Shown piece after piece: positions 20,022-30,136 of a stretch of 64,000 bases of DNA. The notes beneath the pieces are model-generated. The model searched no databases, was not told the DNA's origin, and was given only the letters and a program-made list of their open reading frames with translations. Origin of the DNA: Candidatus Bathyarchaeota archaeon (GTDB taxonomy: Archaea; Thermoproteota; Bathyarchaeia; Bathyarchaeales; Bathycorpusculaceae). Location: NCBI GenBank assembly GCA_963702095.1, contig OY969706.1, positions 1,856,001 through 1,920,000 of the forward strand, given 5' to 3'. Position 1 is the stretch's first letter. Each line of letters starts with the position of its first letter. The position numbers and the translations under genes were made by a program.

Positions 20022-21110
20022 CTACCTTGTGATTTTTGCTTGCCGCACCGTTTCTAAGCAGTCTTTAGCTTCCTTGTTGTTTGCAAAGTAGCGACGTACA
20101 GGTTCAAGAATTTCGCCCAACTGGGTGGCGACGCCGTTTTTGAGGTCCATGGGGTGCAGTTTGCCTTCGGTGTAAGCTGATTCGAGTGCTTGGAAGCTTT
20201 CGAATTGGATGTTTCCGCCGAATTTGGCTGGGCGCTCGATGGTGAGGACTGGTTTTTCTCGGAAGACGATGTATCGGCAGATGTCCATTATGGGGTTGTG
20301 CTTGACGGTTCGTTCGGGGCAGAAGGCTTTGGAGAGTTTCTGCTTGATTTCTTCAGGCGAATCATAGATGAAGATGCATGTGTCAGGTTTGCTCTTAGAC
20401 ATTTTTGCCGATGCAATGGCTTCGCGTTCTTGACCCTCTGGAATCGGCCAAATCGCTGGTTTAGCGAGGCCCTGAAGCAGGTGATGGTGAACGCAGACGG
20501 GTTTCCAGTAACCGATTTTTTCACCGATTTCCCGTGCAACCATGTTGGCTTTACGTTGGTCCAAACCAAGCTGACAGATTTTAACGTCTAACTCAAAAAT
20601 GTCTGCGACCTGCATCGGCGTGTAAAGGTAGTCGCTGACATAGTGGGCTTCACCTTCCTTGCGTCCCGCGATTTCCAGTGTGCGGGTGGTTCTTGCGATG
20701 GTGAGTTCTTTGGCGATTTTCACTGTTTTTGCCCAGTAATCAATGTCTTTGTAGAGTTCATCGCTGTAGATGAATTCCACTTTATCGCCAGGTACGCCCA
20801 ATGCGAGCCAGCTATGGCGGAAGAGGTCTGCTGCTTTGCGGATGAGTTCACGGTCGCCACCGAGCTTGTTATTTAGCCACGCGTGCCAGGTTGCGAGAAA
20901 GGCTTTGAAGTTGATGCCGGCTTCGGCGAAGTCCTTCATTTTGTAAGCGCAGATAACGCCTGTGCCGAGGTGCGCCAAGCCTGAGGGTTCCCAACCGTTG
21001 TAGGCGATGGGGTGCTCTTCCTTCTCTAATAGGGTTCGGAGGTCTTCTGGGGTGACAACTTCCTCGGTTGGTGGTCTGCAGATAAGCTCAATTTTTCGTT
21101 CAATATCCAC
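20022..21110 (-). CDS. tyrS: Tyrosyl-tRNA synthetase, archaeal type
   Basis: YNGWEPSG, HLGT (HIGH-like), YTPMQVADI, GLDQRK, KMSKS, LHPMDLK. Confidence 0.95.
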   Translation of the reverse strand: MDIERKIELICRPPTEEVVTPEDLRTLLEKEEHPIAYNGWEPSGLAHLGTGVICAYKMKDFAEAGINFKAFLATWHAWLNNKLGGDRELIRKAADLFRHSWLALGVPGDKVEFIYSDELYKDIDYWAKTVKIAKELTIARTTRTLEIAGRKEGEAHYVSDYLYTPMQVADIFELDVKICQLGLDQRKANMVAREIGEKIGYWKPVCVHHHLLQGLAKPAIWPIPEGQEREAIASAKMSKSKPDTCIFIYDSPEEIKQKLSKAFCPERTVKHNPIMDICRYIVFREKPVLTIERPAKFGGNIQFESFQALESAYTEGKLHPMDLKNGVATQLGEILEPVRRYFANNKEAKDCLETVRQAKITR

Positions 21111-21229
21111 GGTTATTCCAGCATTGCCTTTGAATTAACAGCCTTTTAATGTACTTCTTTGACTTAAAAATTTAGGGGCTGAAAAATCAGCGTCCAGTAT
21201 TTTTTTGAGAGAAAAGAGGGGTTGAAAAA

Positions 21230-24200
21230 TTATTTTGTCACGCGAGGTTTCCTACGTTTATAAAAGGTCCACTCAACAATGGATGATAACGCAACGGCTG
21301 CAGCTATCGATGCAAACAGGTAAATCATCTTTGCATTTACGGTATCTTGCGGTTGTTGTGTAGGCGAAGGCTGTGTGGAGGGCTGAGGAGTTACATAGGG
21401 TGAGGGGGGAGGTGTCACCGAAGGATTAGGAACTGGAATGACTGGCCAAGTGAAATTGTAATTTGGAAACTCTTGTCTAGTAAGCATCATTTCAGTAACA
21501 TGCGTGGTGTCGCCGTTGTCGGGTACCCCGTCGAAGTCGCTGTCTGGCAGCCATGGGTCCAACCCAAGTTCAAGCTCTACTGAATCGCTGACTCCATCGC
21601 CGTCAGTGTCATTTGAAAGCGGATTTAACATAATCTCGTATTCGAATCCGTCGGGTAAGCCATCGTGGTCAGAGTCGCCGCTTAAGGCATTTGTGCCAAG
21701 CAAGACTTCATAGCCGTCTACCAGTTGATCATTGTCTGAATCGGCGTTGAGAGGGTTGGTTCCGTCTTGGAATTCAGCGTTATCAAATAGGAAGTCGCCA
21801 TCCGAGTCCGGATTTAGCGGGTCAGAGCCGAATAGCACTTCTTGGTAGTCAGAGATTCCATCATCGTCTGTGTCTGTGTCTGCGGGGTTGGTGCCCAACT
21901 GGAACTCTTCCAGATCAGATAGCCCATCGCCGTCGGTGTCTTGTATGGTTGGGTCAGCGCCCGAAGTCAATTCCGACGCATCAGGCAAACCATCGCCGTC
22001 TGTATCATAGTTCAGTGGGTTCATGCTGGGTGAATGGTGCCATTGGAATTCTGTTAAGTCTGTGACTCCGTCGCCGTCTGTGTCAGGAGACTGCGGATTG
22101 AGCCCCGAGTCGTATTCGGCTTTGTCAGATAACCCGTCGAAGTCTGTGTCTGATAGCATTGGGTCGCTTTGAACATGAATGGTGTAGGTTCCGGTGGTGT
22201 TTGTGAATGTGATGTCCCAGCCGTTTGTTTCGGTGCTGCTCTGTAGTCCGTCGCCGTCGCGGTCGGGCATGTCATCGACGATTGGCTGTTCATCAACTGC
22301 TTTCTGTGTAAACATGCTAATTCGGTTCAGGTAATGGCTTTCTCCCGTACTTTGTTGGATAACGTATATGGTGTCGTTTGAACCGATGGCTAAGTATGTG
22401 GGGGTAAGATAGGACCCGCCTATTCCTGAGCCCTGTCCACCCCAAGACGCTATTGGCATCCAGTTCGGATCAAACTTGTCTATTCTCTGGTTGCCTGAGT
22501 CCATGACGTAGAGGTATCCCTCGACGTCAACGTCTACGCCGGTTGGGTTGTCAAAGGCAACTGAATAGGTGCTGTTGGCGTAACCAGTTAAACTGTGCAT
22601 GTAGTTTCCTTGGGTGTCGAATACTGCGACTCGGTCAAGTTTTGAGGGTTCGCCCAGCCAAGCCATTCCCTGGCCGTCTTCGGCAACGTATACTCGGCTG
22701 TTGTTTGAGTCGACAGCAATGTCAGTTATGTAGCTGAATTCATCTATTTCTGGGCCATAGTTGCCCCAGGTTCGCAGCAATGTCCCGTTTGAAGCGTACT
22801 GGTCAACGTAAACTCTTGTAGCTACTGTAGCGGTGTCGGGGTCCCAATAAACCATGTTGAAAATCCAGCCCGCGGTCCTTGCGACGAAAACGTTGCCGTC
22901 AGCGTCACAAGCCAGTGTTATTAGGCCTGATTGCAGGTCAAGGTCTGTTTTGCTTGCCCAAGCGGCTCCAGCTTGCGTTCCATCTAGGTGGAACGTCTTT
23001 ATGTTGGCTTCGTCAACGATGTCTCTTGGCACTTCTGTGCGGTAATAGTTGCTGAAGTGAGCTAAGGCGTTTTTTTGGTCGATTGCTATGCTGTCTCTGA
23101 GTTCCCCCTCAGGCAATGCCCCCGTCAAATTCCATGTGGTGACCAAAGTTAGGTCGGCGTCAAAAACCCACACGTGACAGCTGAAGCCTTCGCTTGCGTT
23201 TGCCCTGCCAAAAACGTAAACGTAGCCGTCGCCGTCTAAGGCGATGTCATAGAGACCTCCCTCCAAGGACAAATCCACCTGCCTAGTTAGTTCAAGGAGT
23301 GTTTTTTCAACCCGCGGGTTCGAAGTGTCTGCAACTCCGTCCGCGTCTGTGTCTGGAGTTCTTGGATTCAACCCGGTCGAATACTCCTCATAGTCGGTTA
23401 CGCCGTCGCCGTCGCTGTCACTTACGCGTGGGTCAGAGAATACTCGTATAGTGAACTGCTTTGAAGAATCACCCAAATAGTTAATTCTGATAAGATAGCC
23501 CGATAGCTCTTGATAATCGGGCAAGCCGTCTCCGTCGGTGTCACTGTTTGTGGCGTTGGTCCCAAAAATTAATTCGTACCCGTCTGTTAACCCATCCATG
23601 TCCATGTCATAGTTTTTGGGGTTCAAACCATTGTACACTTCATATTTGTCGTTTAACCCGTCAGCGTCGCCGTCAAAAGCGAATGGGTTACTCGTGGTTT
23701 CATTCACATTGGCGATGCCGTCGCCGTCGCTATCGATTGGTTTTACTCCTGCCCAACGGGAGAAATCGTCTATGCTGCCAGGTAACACGTCATAGTATAC
23801 TGTGGTGAATTGAGATGAGGCGGTGCCGCTTTGCAGGTCTGTGTGGTAGCAGGGGACAAAAAGTATCCAGTGATGCCAAGCGTGGTATAAACCGTAGTTA
23901 ATGTTGACTCTTATGCTAACAGGGAAATTCGGCATGCCAATCCCGGGTTCGATGTATGCACTTGTGGAGTACTCTTCTGTTTTGTAGTTGCCAGCCACTG
24001 TAACGTTCTTTTGTGAAACCGGAGGTATCCCTGAGGAGGCATTTTTAGAATTAGACCCAGGCGGAACATCGATTGAAATGTAGGGTCTATACCAGCTACT
24101 GGCCGCATACGAGTAGCTGTTGCCCACTGTTACGTTGACTTTGCTTGTGATTTTTAGTTGGGCGCTTATTCTGTCGCCTACGTCAAGGCCGTTTGCGTCT

Positions 24201-26686
24201 TTGTCAGTGATGGTTATGTTTGGTACACCGATGTCTTCTAGGTTTCCGCTAACAACGGCGTCCTCTTTTGGACCAAAAGCCTTCATCAACACGTTCATTA
24301 GTTTGTCTGAGAAACCCCCGAATATGTCGGCGATGACTATTGCTAAATCTATAAGCCATCCAACGTAAGGTATCTCGCCAATGGCATATAGAACCGCAGC
24401 GTAGATTATTGCGTAGGTTGCAGCGGCGATTCCATAAGATGCCCCCATAGATTGACCCAGATGCCCGCCTACCTGGTTTGCAATGATAAAGCCTGAAACA
24501 ATCGACAAGCCGACATCAACTATTATTGCCAGTATGTCTAAACCTTTCATTACTTTATCGAGGGTTCTTAGTCCTTTTAATCCGACAACGCCTTTTTCTG
24601 CAGCGCCCATTTCCTGGCAGGTTTTTGCCCACAGCTTAAAAGTGCTTGTTTTCCCAGTACCCAGCATGTTAGCTATTGAGCCACTGCTTAAGCCACCTAT
24701 CTTGAGGAGCTGAATTGATTTGTAAGCTTTTAGGGCAACTCCGCCGCGGGTTAGAAGCATCATGCTTTCAAAGCCTATGGTGAAGGCGATGAACCACTCC
24801 GGCGTGCCAGCATTAGAGGTATCGGGAACACCCGCCGTTGTTATGGTCTGTTCGCCGGTGTTCCACATTAGAACCAAGGATTCTGTGTTGAAACGGGCTT
24901 CCTCACTCAGTTGCCAACCATCAATGTGGCGAATTACCTCGTCGATTTCAAGCGCTGACTGCTGCGTTGTTTTGTAAAAGTTCATCTTCAGCGATTTAGT
25001 CGTCATCAACGACTCATCAACCATGTCGACGCTATAGCTGCTGCCTAAAACAGCTCCGCCCGACGAGAACTGGGACATCTCCGCCATCTTTAGCCTTTCT
25101 TCGACGGCGATGATTACTGGAAGCGTTTGGTTCTGGGGTAACGTTTGCAGAGCAGCAGGCAACATCGTGTTACTCATCTCAACTAAAGCTTCATCGCTTG
25201 TTTTAAACGACCCCACCAAAGAGAGAACATTTGCGCTGTAACTTGAAAGGATCGACGGCATGTCTGCGAGACTATTTGACGAGTTTCTCAAGAAACTGTA
25301 GCCCATAAGCAGGTTGCTGCGGATTGTTTCTTCTTCATCTGAGCTAAAAAACAGTCCTAAGTCAGCTCCAAAAGTTTGGCTGACAGTAAAACCGGTTAGC
25401 GCCATCGGCTGTTTATATGTGGATAACACCGTCCACTCTCCCAAACAGCCCTTGTCTACCAATTGGAAACGGGCTGCTGTGGAGTTAGTGCCGTCAGCGA
25501 CTAGAGAGTTGTCTGCTGTGACAGAAACAAGTTTGCCGTTTGAAGCAGTTAAGCTGATTGAGGTGTTAGTGGGGTAGGATAGCTTGAAGGTTTCTTTATC
25601 GCTGATTGTTTTGCCGTTAGCAAGGATTGAACCGTTATCCGCCATTGACAGGTAGGGGCCATCTTTTAATTTGAATGCAACCGTGTCCTCGCCTGTGGGA
25701 ATCCACTGGAAAGTTTCAGAGAGCGCGGGTGTTTGGCTGTTAGCAACCAGTTTGCCTTCGGCTGTTGCGGAAACATAGTTGCCGTTGTATGCTACCAGTG
25801 CCTTGGCTTCTTGGTCGCTGTACCCTAAGATGCGCCATACAAGCTCCACATCCATTGAAAGTGACAGCGGTGTGGAAGAGTTGTAGAATATTTGGGAGGT
25901 AAAAGCAACTATGGCGTCGTTTTCCCATACTGGGTAAACAGGCGTGTGCATGCCATAATCGGTTACAACTATGCCGAAGTCAGCTACGTCTGCCTGATTG
26001 GGCTTAACATTAACGGTTATATTCAACTGGGGGGCTGCCTTTACGTCTTCCCGTGAATCATCGAGGTCTCTCATGGAACCTTGGTCGTCACTTGGCCAAT
26101 CCCACTGCTGATAGTACAGTTTTAAGGAATCAGGGTTCTTGGGCTTGAATTGCAGAGTAATAAACGTGGGTTTTCCTTCTAACTCTAAATCAAAATGGTA
26201 ATTATCGTTGATGTTAGTTTTCGAGAAAGGCGACAAGTCAACCCCGTCATTCACGCCGTCCCCATCGTTATCGTAGTCCCAGATGTTCGTGATGGTATCC
26301 CCATCTAAATCAAGGTTAGCGCACCCGTGGACCTCGAGGTAATCGGTTAAACCGTCACTGTTTGTGTCAGGTTTGAGAGGATCAGAGTCTAATTGAACTT
26401 CCTCGTAATCGGTGAGCCCATCAAAATCTGTGTCGCTGTTGTTGAAGTCGGTACCTATCACAAACTCAACGGTGTCGTAGAGAGAGTCGTTGTCGTTGTC
26501 GGTTCGGTTTTCAAGCGGCGTTGCCTCCATAAGCTGAGGCACTAAATCCTTTAGACCTGTGGTTGTTCTGGGCGGCGGAACCTCCCCTTTAACTAGACTT
26601 GTAAGTGAAGGCGTTACTTCAGAAGCAAAAAGCAAAACAATTAGCGTTAAACCTACGATTATATACCGTAGCTTCTTGGGTGCCAA
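21230..26686 (-). CDS. Giant surface protein (1818 aa): DxDxDG Ca-binding repeats, fascin-like beta-trefoil, hydrophobic core, NHL propeller, C-terminal TM anchor
   Basis: Signal peptide; three clusters of DTDxDGLxDxxE repeats; ALVAYNGNYVSA and ISLTASNGKLVSV repeats; FDNPTGVDVD..YVMDSGNQRIDKFD NHL repeats; Pro/Thr linker, TM, KRRK. Confidence 0.85.
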   Translation of the reverse strand: MAPKKLRYIIVGLTLIVLLFASEVTPSLTSLVKGEVPPPRTTTGLKDLVPQLMEATPLENRTDNDNDSLYDTVEFVIGTDFNNSDTDFDGLTDYEEVQLDSDPLKPDTNSDGLTDYLEVHGCANLDLDGDTITNIWDYDNDGDGVNDGVDLSPFSKTNINDNYHFDLELEGKPTFITLQFKPKNPDSLKLYYQQWDWPSDDQGSMRDLDDSREDVKAAPQLNITVNVKPNQADVADFGIVVTDYGMHTPVYPVWENDAIVAFTSQIFYNSSTPLSLSMDVELVWRILGYSDQEAKALVAYNGNYVSATAEGKLVANSQTPALSETFQWIPTGEDTVAFKLKDGPYLSMADNGSILANGKTISDKETFKLSYPTNTSISLTASNGKLVSVTADNSLVADGTNSTAARFQLVDKGCLGEWTVLSTYKQPMALTGFTVSQTFGADLGLFFSSDEEETIRSNLLMGYSFLRNSSNSLADMPSILSSYSANVLSLVGSFKTSDEALVEMSNTMLPAALQTLPQNQTLPVIIAVEERLKMAEMSQFSSGGAVLGSSYSVDMVDESLMTTKSLKMNFYKTTQQSALEIDEVIRHIDGWQLSEEARFNTESLVLMWNTGEQTITTAGVPDTSNAGTPEWFIAFTIGFESMMLLTRGGVALKAYKSIQLLKIGGLSSGSIANMLGTGKTSTFKLWAKTCQEMGAAEKGVVGLKGLRTLDKVMKGLDILAIIVDVGLSIVSGFIIANQVGGHLGQSMGASYGIAAATYAIIYAAVLYAIGEIPYVGWLIDLAIVIADIFGGFSDKLMNVLMKAFGPKEDAVVSGNLEDIGVPNITITDKDANGLDVGDRISAQLKITSKVNVTVGNSYSYAASSWYRPYISIDVPPGSNSKNASSGIPPVSQKNVTVAGNYKTEEYSTSAYIEPGIGMPNFPVSIRVNINYGLYHAWHHWILFVPCYHTDLQSGTASSQFTTVYYDVLPGSIDDFSRWAGVKPIDSDGDGIANVNETTSNPFAFDGDADGLNDKYEVYNGLNPKNYDMDMDGLTDGYELIFGTNATNSDTDGDGLPDYQELSGYLIRINYLGDSSKQFTIRVFSDPRVSDSDGDGVTDYEEYSTGLNPRTPDTDADGVADTSNPRVEKTLLELTRQVDLSLEGGLYDIALDGDGYVYVFGRANASEGFSCHVWVFDADLTLVTTWNLTGALPEGELRDSIAIDQKNALAHFSNYYRTEVPRDIVDEANIKTFHLDGTQAGAAWASKTDLDLQSGLITLACDADGNVFVARTAGWIFNMVYWDPDTATVATRVYVDQYASNGTLLRTWGNYGPEIDEFSYITDIAVDSNNSRVYVAEDGQGMAWLGEPSKLDRVAVFDTQGNYMHSLTGYANSTYSVAFDNPTGVDVDVEGYLYVMDSGNQRIDKFDPNWMPIASWGGQGSGIGGSYLTPTYLAIGSNDTIYVIQQSTGESHYLNRISMFTQKAVDEQPIVDDMPDRDGDGLQSSTETNGWDITFTNTTGTYTIHVQSDPMLSDTDFDGLSDKAEYDSGLNPQSPDTDGDGVTDLTEFQWHHSPSMNPLNYDTDGDGLPDASELTSGADPTIQDTDGDGLSDLEEFQLGTNPADTDTDDDGISDYQEVLFGSDPLNPDSDGDFLFDNAEFQDGTNPLNADSDNDQLVDGYEVLLGTNALSGDSDHDGLPDGFEYEIMLNPLSNDTDGDGVSDSVELELGLDPWLPDSDFDGVPDNGDTTHVTEMMLTRQEFPNYNFTWPVIPVPNPSVTPPPSPYVTPQPSTQPSPTQQPQDTVNAKMIYLFASIAAAVALSSIVEWTFYKRRKPRVTK

Positions 26687-27065
26687 ACTCTCTCCTCTCC
26701 AACAAAAAGTAGTTTGCAGCTTGTATTTAGTGTTAACGCTTGCTTGACCTTAAACTCGACTAGTCGGCGCTCATTAAAAAAGAGTAAATTTTGGCTTTGT
26801 TTTCGCGGGCGGTTTGTCTCCCATCGTAACCTAACACTCCACCTCATCGCTGAGCGTCGCTTTATGCTTGGTGGAGCTCTCTCGGCGCGGGAATTTGTGC
26901 CCGTGCCCACCGTGTCTCATGTTTGGGTGAACCCTTCGTCACGGCAACGCAAGCTTATTGGGTCTTGCAGCATCTGTTGGGTCCGTCGTCATGAGTGGAT
27001 TTAGCCAGTGGGATAATTTCGTATTAAGGCGAACCTGAACTCATTAAGGTTGTGCCAATCCAAAG

Positions 27066-27270
27066 TTACTTCGTAGCTACTCTATGGCTTCCCACGGTAT
27101 GCTGTGGTTTACCAGCGATAAACGCTTGTATGTTCTCGATTGTGACTTCAACTAGTCGGCGCAGGGATTCTTGACTGTTGAATGCGCAGTGAGGCGTAAT
27201 AATCACGTTGTTTAGCCTGAGCAATATATGAGCCCTCAGCATCGTCGCAAACTGTTGGCGGGGCACTACT
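27066..27270 (-). pseudogene. C-terminal fragment of a D-2-hydroxyacid dehydrogenase
   Basis: HILLRLNNVIITPHCAFNSQESLRRLVEVTIENI is the C-terminal catalytic-His region; the N-terminal part is absent. Confidence 0.75.
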
Positions 27271-27488
27271 CGGTTGAAGTCATGAAAGAAGTAGGCTACG
27301 ATTTGACAAATCAAACTTCGAAAAGTCTTGACCAATTCCCGGGGGAACACTTCGGAATAATCGTCACCGTTTGTAAAAGAACAGAAGAAGAATGCCCAAC
27401 CCTGCCGGGGGTATCACATCAGGCCGTTTTGGGCGATCGAGGACCCCGAATGCGTGATCAGATAGATGTAAAGTCAAAGAAGTGCTAA
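27270..27488 (+). pseudogene. Fragment of an ArsC/LMW-PTP family arsenate reductase
   Basis: VEVMKEVGYDLTNQTSKSL..IIVTVC..EECPTLPG, then frameshifted WAIEDP; no CxxNxxRS active-site loop. Confidence 0.75.
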
Positions 27489-27532
27489 AAGAAAAAGGCA
27501 TCCCAATGCCAGATGGAACGGCAACATTAAGA

Positions 27533-27604
27533 TGGCGGGCGAGATTTGAACTCGGGCGAAAGGCTCCACAGGCCTCTATGCTGCCAAGCTACACCACCCC
27601 GGCC
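27533..27604 (-). tRNA. tRNA-His(GTG) with defective 3' acceptor strand
   Basis: Encoded G-1, GCCGGGG acceptor 5' strand, anticodon arm GAGGC-CTGTGGA-GCCTT, CCGAG-TTCAAAT-CTCG; 3' end reads CCCGCCA instead of GCCCCGGC. Confidence 0.8.
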
Positions 27605-27807
27605 ACGTTGTTTGAGACGTGTTTTTGCTTGGTGTGTTAGTGATGTTTGGATTGTCCTTATTTTTGTTTTCGGAAGCCCTCATAGCGTTTATACAAAAAA
27701 ATCAAATAGCGCCGGTGGGTTGAAACCCACTGATTGAAGAGTCTGCATTATGTCAAAATCTATGTTTGTTCTGTTTCTCTTTTGTCTAATAGCCATTTTT
27801 TGGAGTT

Positions 27808-27998
27808 GCATGTTAATCACATCCACATGCTTTACGCCTCTGCATGAAGGCATGTACCGCGTGTGGAGAAAAAAGCGTATCCCACACCAAAACAGACGCC
27901 AAAATGCAATGCAACCCCAAAACACAACCGCTATCGATTACCGTCTTGTGACACCCGCAAGGCACCACACCCACATAAAGAGAGAAACCACAATTTGC
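27808..27998 (+). repeat. Dispersed repeat family A, full-length copy (about 185 bp)
   Basis: Near-ungapped similarity to the reverse complement of 55475-55660 (tctgcatg..catgYaccgcRtgtgg, ccacaccRaaacagacgcc, caaccgc, caccacaYccacaYaaagagagaa). Confidence 0.8.
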
Positions 27999-28061
27999 TT
28001 TTTCATAGGGGAGAGAGGTCGCAGAAGCAACCGCTTTCTCAATGTTCGCTGCCACGCTGAA

Positions 28062-28177
28062 TTGCTTGCGGAATCCTCCACAACCAGCCAGCAACCCAAT
28101 GCAGACGTGGACAAAAAAACGGGCGCCAAATCAAAACGTGCTGGAAGATGATGAGTAAGGGCAGCGGCGGCGTCTTC
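28062..28177 (+). repeat. Dispersed repeat family B
   Basis: tgcttgcggaatcctccacaaccagccagcaaccc..gctggaagatgatgagtaagggc; arms CCAGCA/TGCTGG. Confidence 0.75.
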
Positions 28178-28218
28178 TAATATTATAGGCAGCTAAAAAA
28201 TGGGGGTTGGAAGGAGAC

Positions 28219-29514
28219 TTAGCCGAAGTCGTAGGCTTCTTCGCCATGCTCACTTAAGTCTAAGCCCGCATTCTCCGCTTCCTCGCTTACTCTTAGCGGC
28301 GAGAACTTGTCGACGACTTTTAGCAGTACATACGAGCCGACGAATGCGAACGGAACAACCACTGCTATGGCTTCCAGTTGCGCCACGAATTGGCCCACGT
28401 TACCGAAGATTAAGCCGTTGACTCCGCCGATAGCTGCTGATGCAAAGATACCTGTTGCGATTGAACCCCAAAGACCGCCGACGCCGTGGCATGCGAATAC
28501 GTCTAGTGAATCGTCGATTCGTGATCTGCCTGCTCTCCAGTTTGCCACCGTGTTCGAGATGACTCCTGCTGCTAGACCTATGATAATCGATGCTGGGACG
28601 CTGACGAAGCCTGCTGCCGGTGTTATGGCGACTAAACCAACGACTGCACCTATACCTAAACCGACTGCTGAGGGTTTACCCTTCATCACCCAGTCTGTTA
28701 GCATCCAGCTGACTGCAGCTCCTGACGCCGCCAAGTTTGTGGTGACGAGTGCTGAAACTGCCAAGTCGTTTGCTGCTAACGAGCTGCCTGCGTTGAAGCC
28801 GAACCATCCAAACCACAGCAATGCGGCGCCAAGTAGCACATAGGGAACGTTGGTTGGTTTGAACTGCGGGGGCGTCTTCTTTTGTTGATCTATAGCCTCC
28901 ATGTGATCTTTCCAGGCGACGCGACCGCAGCTACGGTGACCCACAACGAGTGCAGCTGCAAGTGCTGAAATACCTGCCGATACGTGGACGACGATGCCTC
29001 CTGCGAAGTCTATGGCGCCTATGCCTTTTAGCCAACCGTCGGGGTTCCATACCCAGTGAGCGATTGGCATGTAAATCAAAGTACTCCATAGCACCATGAA
29101 TATGAGCAAAGATTTGAAGCGAATGCGTTCAGCGCATGCGCCGATGATTAGTGCAGGCGTGATTGCTGCGAATTTCAACTGGAAGGCAAAGAACAGTAGT
29201 TCAGGTACGTCTGGTGCAAGGGTTGTGCTTACATGACTTATGTCTAGGCTGCCCATGCCTAATAAGCCGGGGCTGAAGCCTATGATTCCGTATATTGAGG
29301 GTCCGAAGACTAGGGCGTATCCCCAGAGGGCCCAGACTATGCTTATGACTGCAAAGATGGCGAAGCACTGCACGATTGTCGAGACGAGGTTCTTTTTGCG
29401 TACTAGTCCGCCGTAGAAGAAGCCTAATGCGGGGGTCATTAACATGACTAATGCTGTTGCGGTTATTACCCAAGCTATATCTCCTGCTGCCATTTCCTTT
29501 GTTCCTCTTGACAC
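28219..29514 (-). CDS. amt: Ammonium transporter (Amt), copy 1
   Basis: FFYGGLVR, FQLKFA, DFAGGIVVH, WFGWFGFNAGS, DDSLDVFACHG (twin His intact). Confidence 0.95.
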   Translation of the reverse strand: MSRGTKEMAAGDIAWVITATALVMLMTPALGFFYGGLVRKKNLVSTIVQCFAIFAVISIVWALWGYALVFGPSIYGIIGFSPGLLGMGSLDISHVSTTLAPDVPELLFFAFQLKFAAITPALIIGACAERIRFKSLLIFMVLWSTLIYMPIAHWVWNPDGWLKGIGAIDFAGGIVVHVSAGISALAAALVVGHRSCGRVAWKDHMEAIDQQKKTPPQFKPTNVPYVLLGAALLWFGWFGFNAGSSLAANDLAVSALVTTNLAASGAAVSWMLTDWVMKGKPSAVGLGIGAVVGLVAITPAAGFVSVPASIIIGLAAGVISNTVANWRAGRSRIDDSLDVFACHGVGGLWGSIATGIFASAAIGGVNGLIFGNVGQFVAQLEAIAVVVPFAFVGSYVLLKVVDKFSPLRVSEEAENAGLDLSEHGEEAYDFG

Positions 29515-29803
29515 TTGTTTAGTTATTTGCTTATTGTCTGTGCATTTATCACATGCACCTATTTAAAAGTATCCGTTTGGAAGCAATTGAAATAGTAAAA
29601 TAGACGATTGTTTTCAAAATATGGAAAAAAGCAAGCAATCGTTCAGCCTAATCCAGGGCAAAAACCAACAAACTTGATATTTATCCAAAAAAACCAACAA
29701 AACCACAAACAAACACAAACCCAAAAAGCACTCAAACGACAAATAAACTAACAGATATCCAATAAAAAACACTTAAAACAAGCAAACAGAAAAAAGAAAA
29801 AAC

Positions 29804-30103
29804 CTAACTTGAGTATTTCCATTGATTATTCTTAAGCATGTTAGTTATGCGGGAAGCAAACAACGAACTAACCAGCGCCGCCACCACCAGAACACCAGCC
29901 CACAAAAAAACACTCGGCGACAGCGCAAAATAGAAAATCGACGCTAACACGACAAAGAGAAAGAGGAAAGAGCCTCCGTAAAGCAAAGACACATTTAAGC
30001 TAGTTATGGCGTGCATGATTCTTTTGGTTGCCCTGCCTTTGTTTTTTTCGGCTTCAATTACTTCTTTGAAGTTTCTTCCTTTTTTATCTCTCATTTCAGA
30101 CAT
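29804..30103 (-). CDS. Small two-TM membrane protein
   Basis: ATG after GAGGT; two hydrophobic segments; 33 bp downstream of the P-type ATPase. Confidence 0.7.
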   Translation of the reverse strand: MSEMRDKKGRNFKEVIEAEKNKGRATKRIMHAITSLNVSLLYGGSFLFLFVVLASIFYFALSPSVFLWAGVLVVAALVSSLFASRITNMLKNNQWKYSS

Positions 30104-30136
30104 TCCGCACTTACCTCTTTACAGTTACTTGCCTAT

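Noticed and set aside
21500-23740. Repeated tcgccgtc/ccgtcg motifs resembling a DNA repeat array
   Set aside because: They are codons of the DxDGDG protein repeats; spacing is irregular and there are no CRISPR-like identical repeats
26714-27004. Short ORFs upstream of the giant surface protein
   Set aside because: No recognisable motifs in any frame read; possibly decayed DNA but cannot be assigned
27689-28151. Several overlapping ORFs of 63-133 aa
   Set aside because: They lie over repeat families A and B; the frame is not conserved in the other copies
29515-29650. Third Lrp-type operator upstream of amt copy 1 (acgattgttttca)
   Set aside because: Spacing and arms do not match the palindrome and it is not adjacent to the TATA box
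29640-29803. A/C-rich tract with aaaaccaacaaa repeated
   Set aside because: Low-complexity sequence (T-rich terminator zone on the minus strand); no regular repeat-spacer structure
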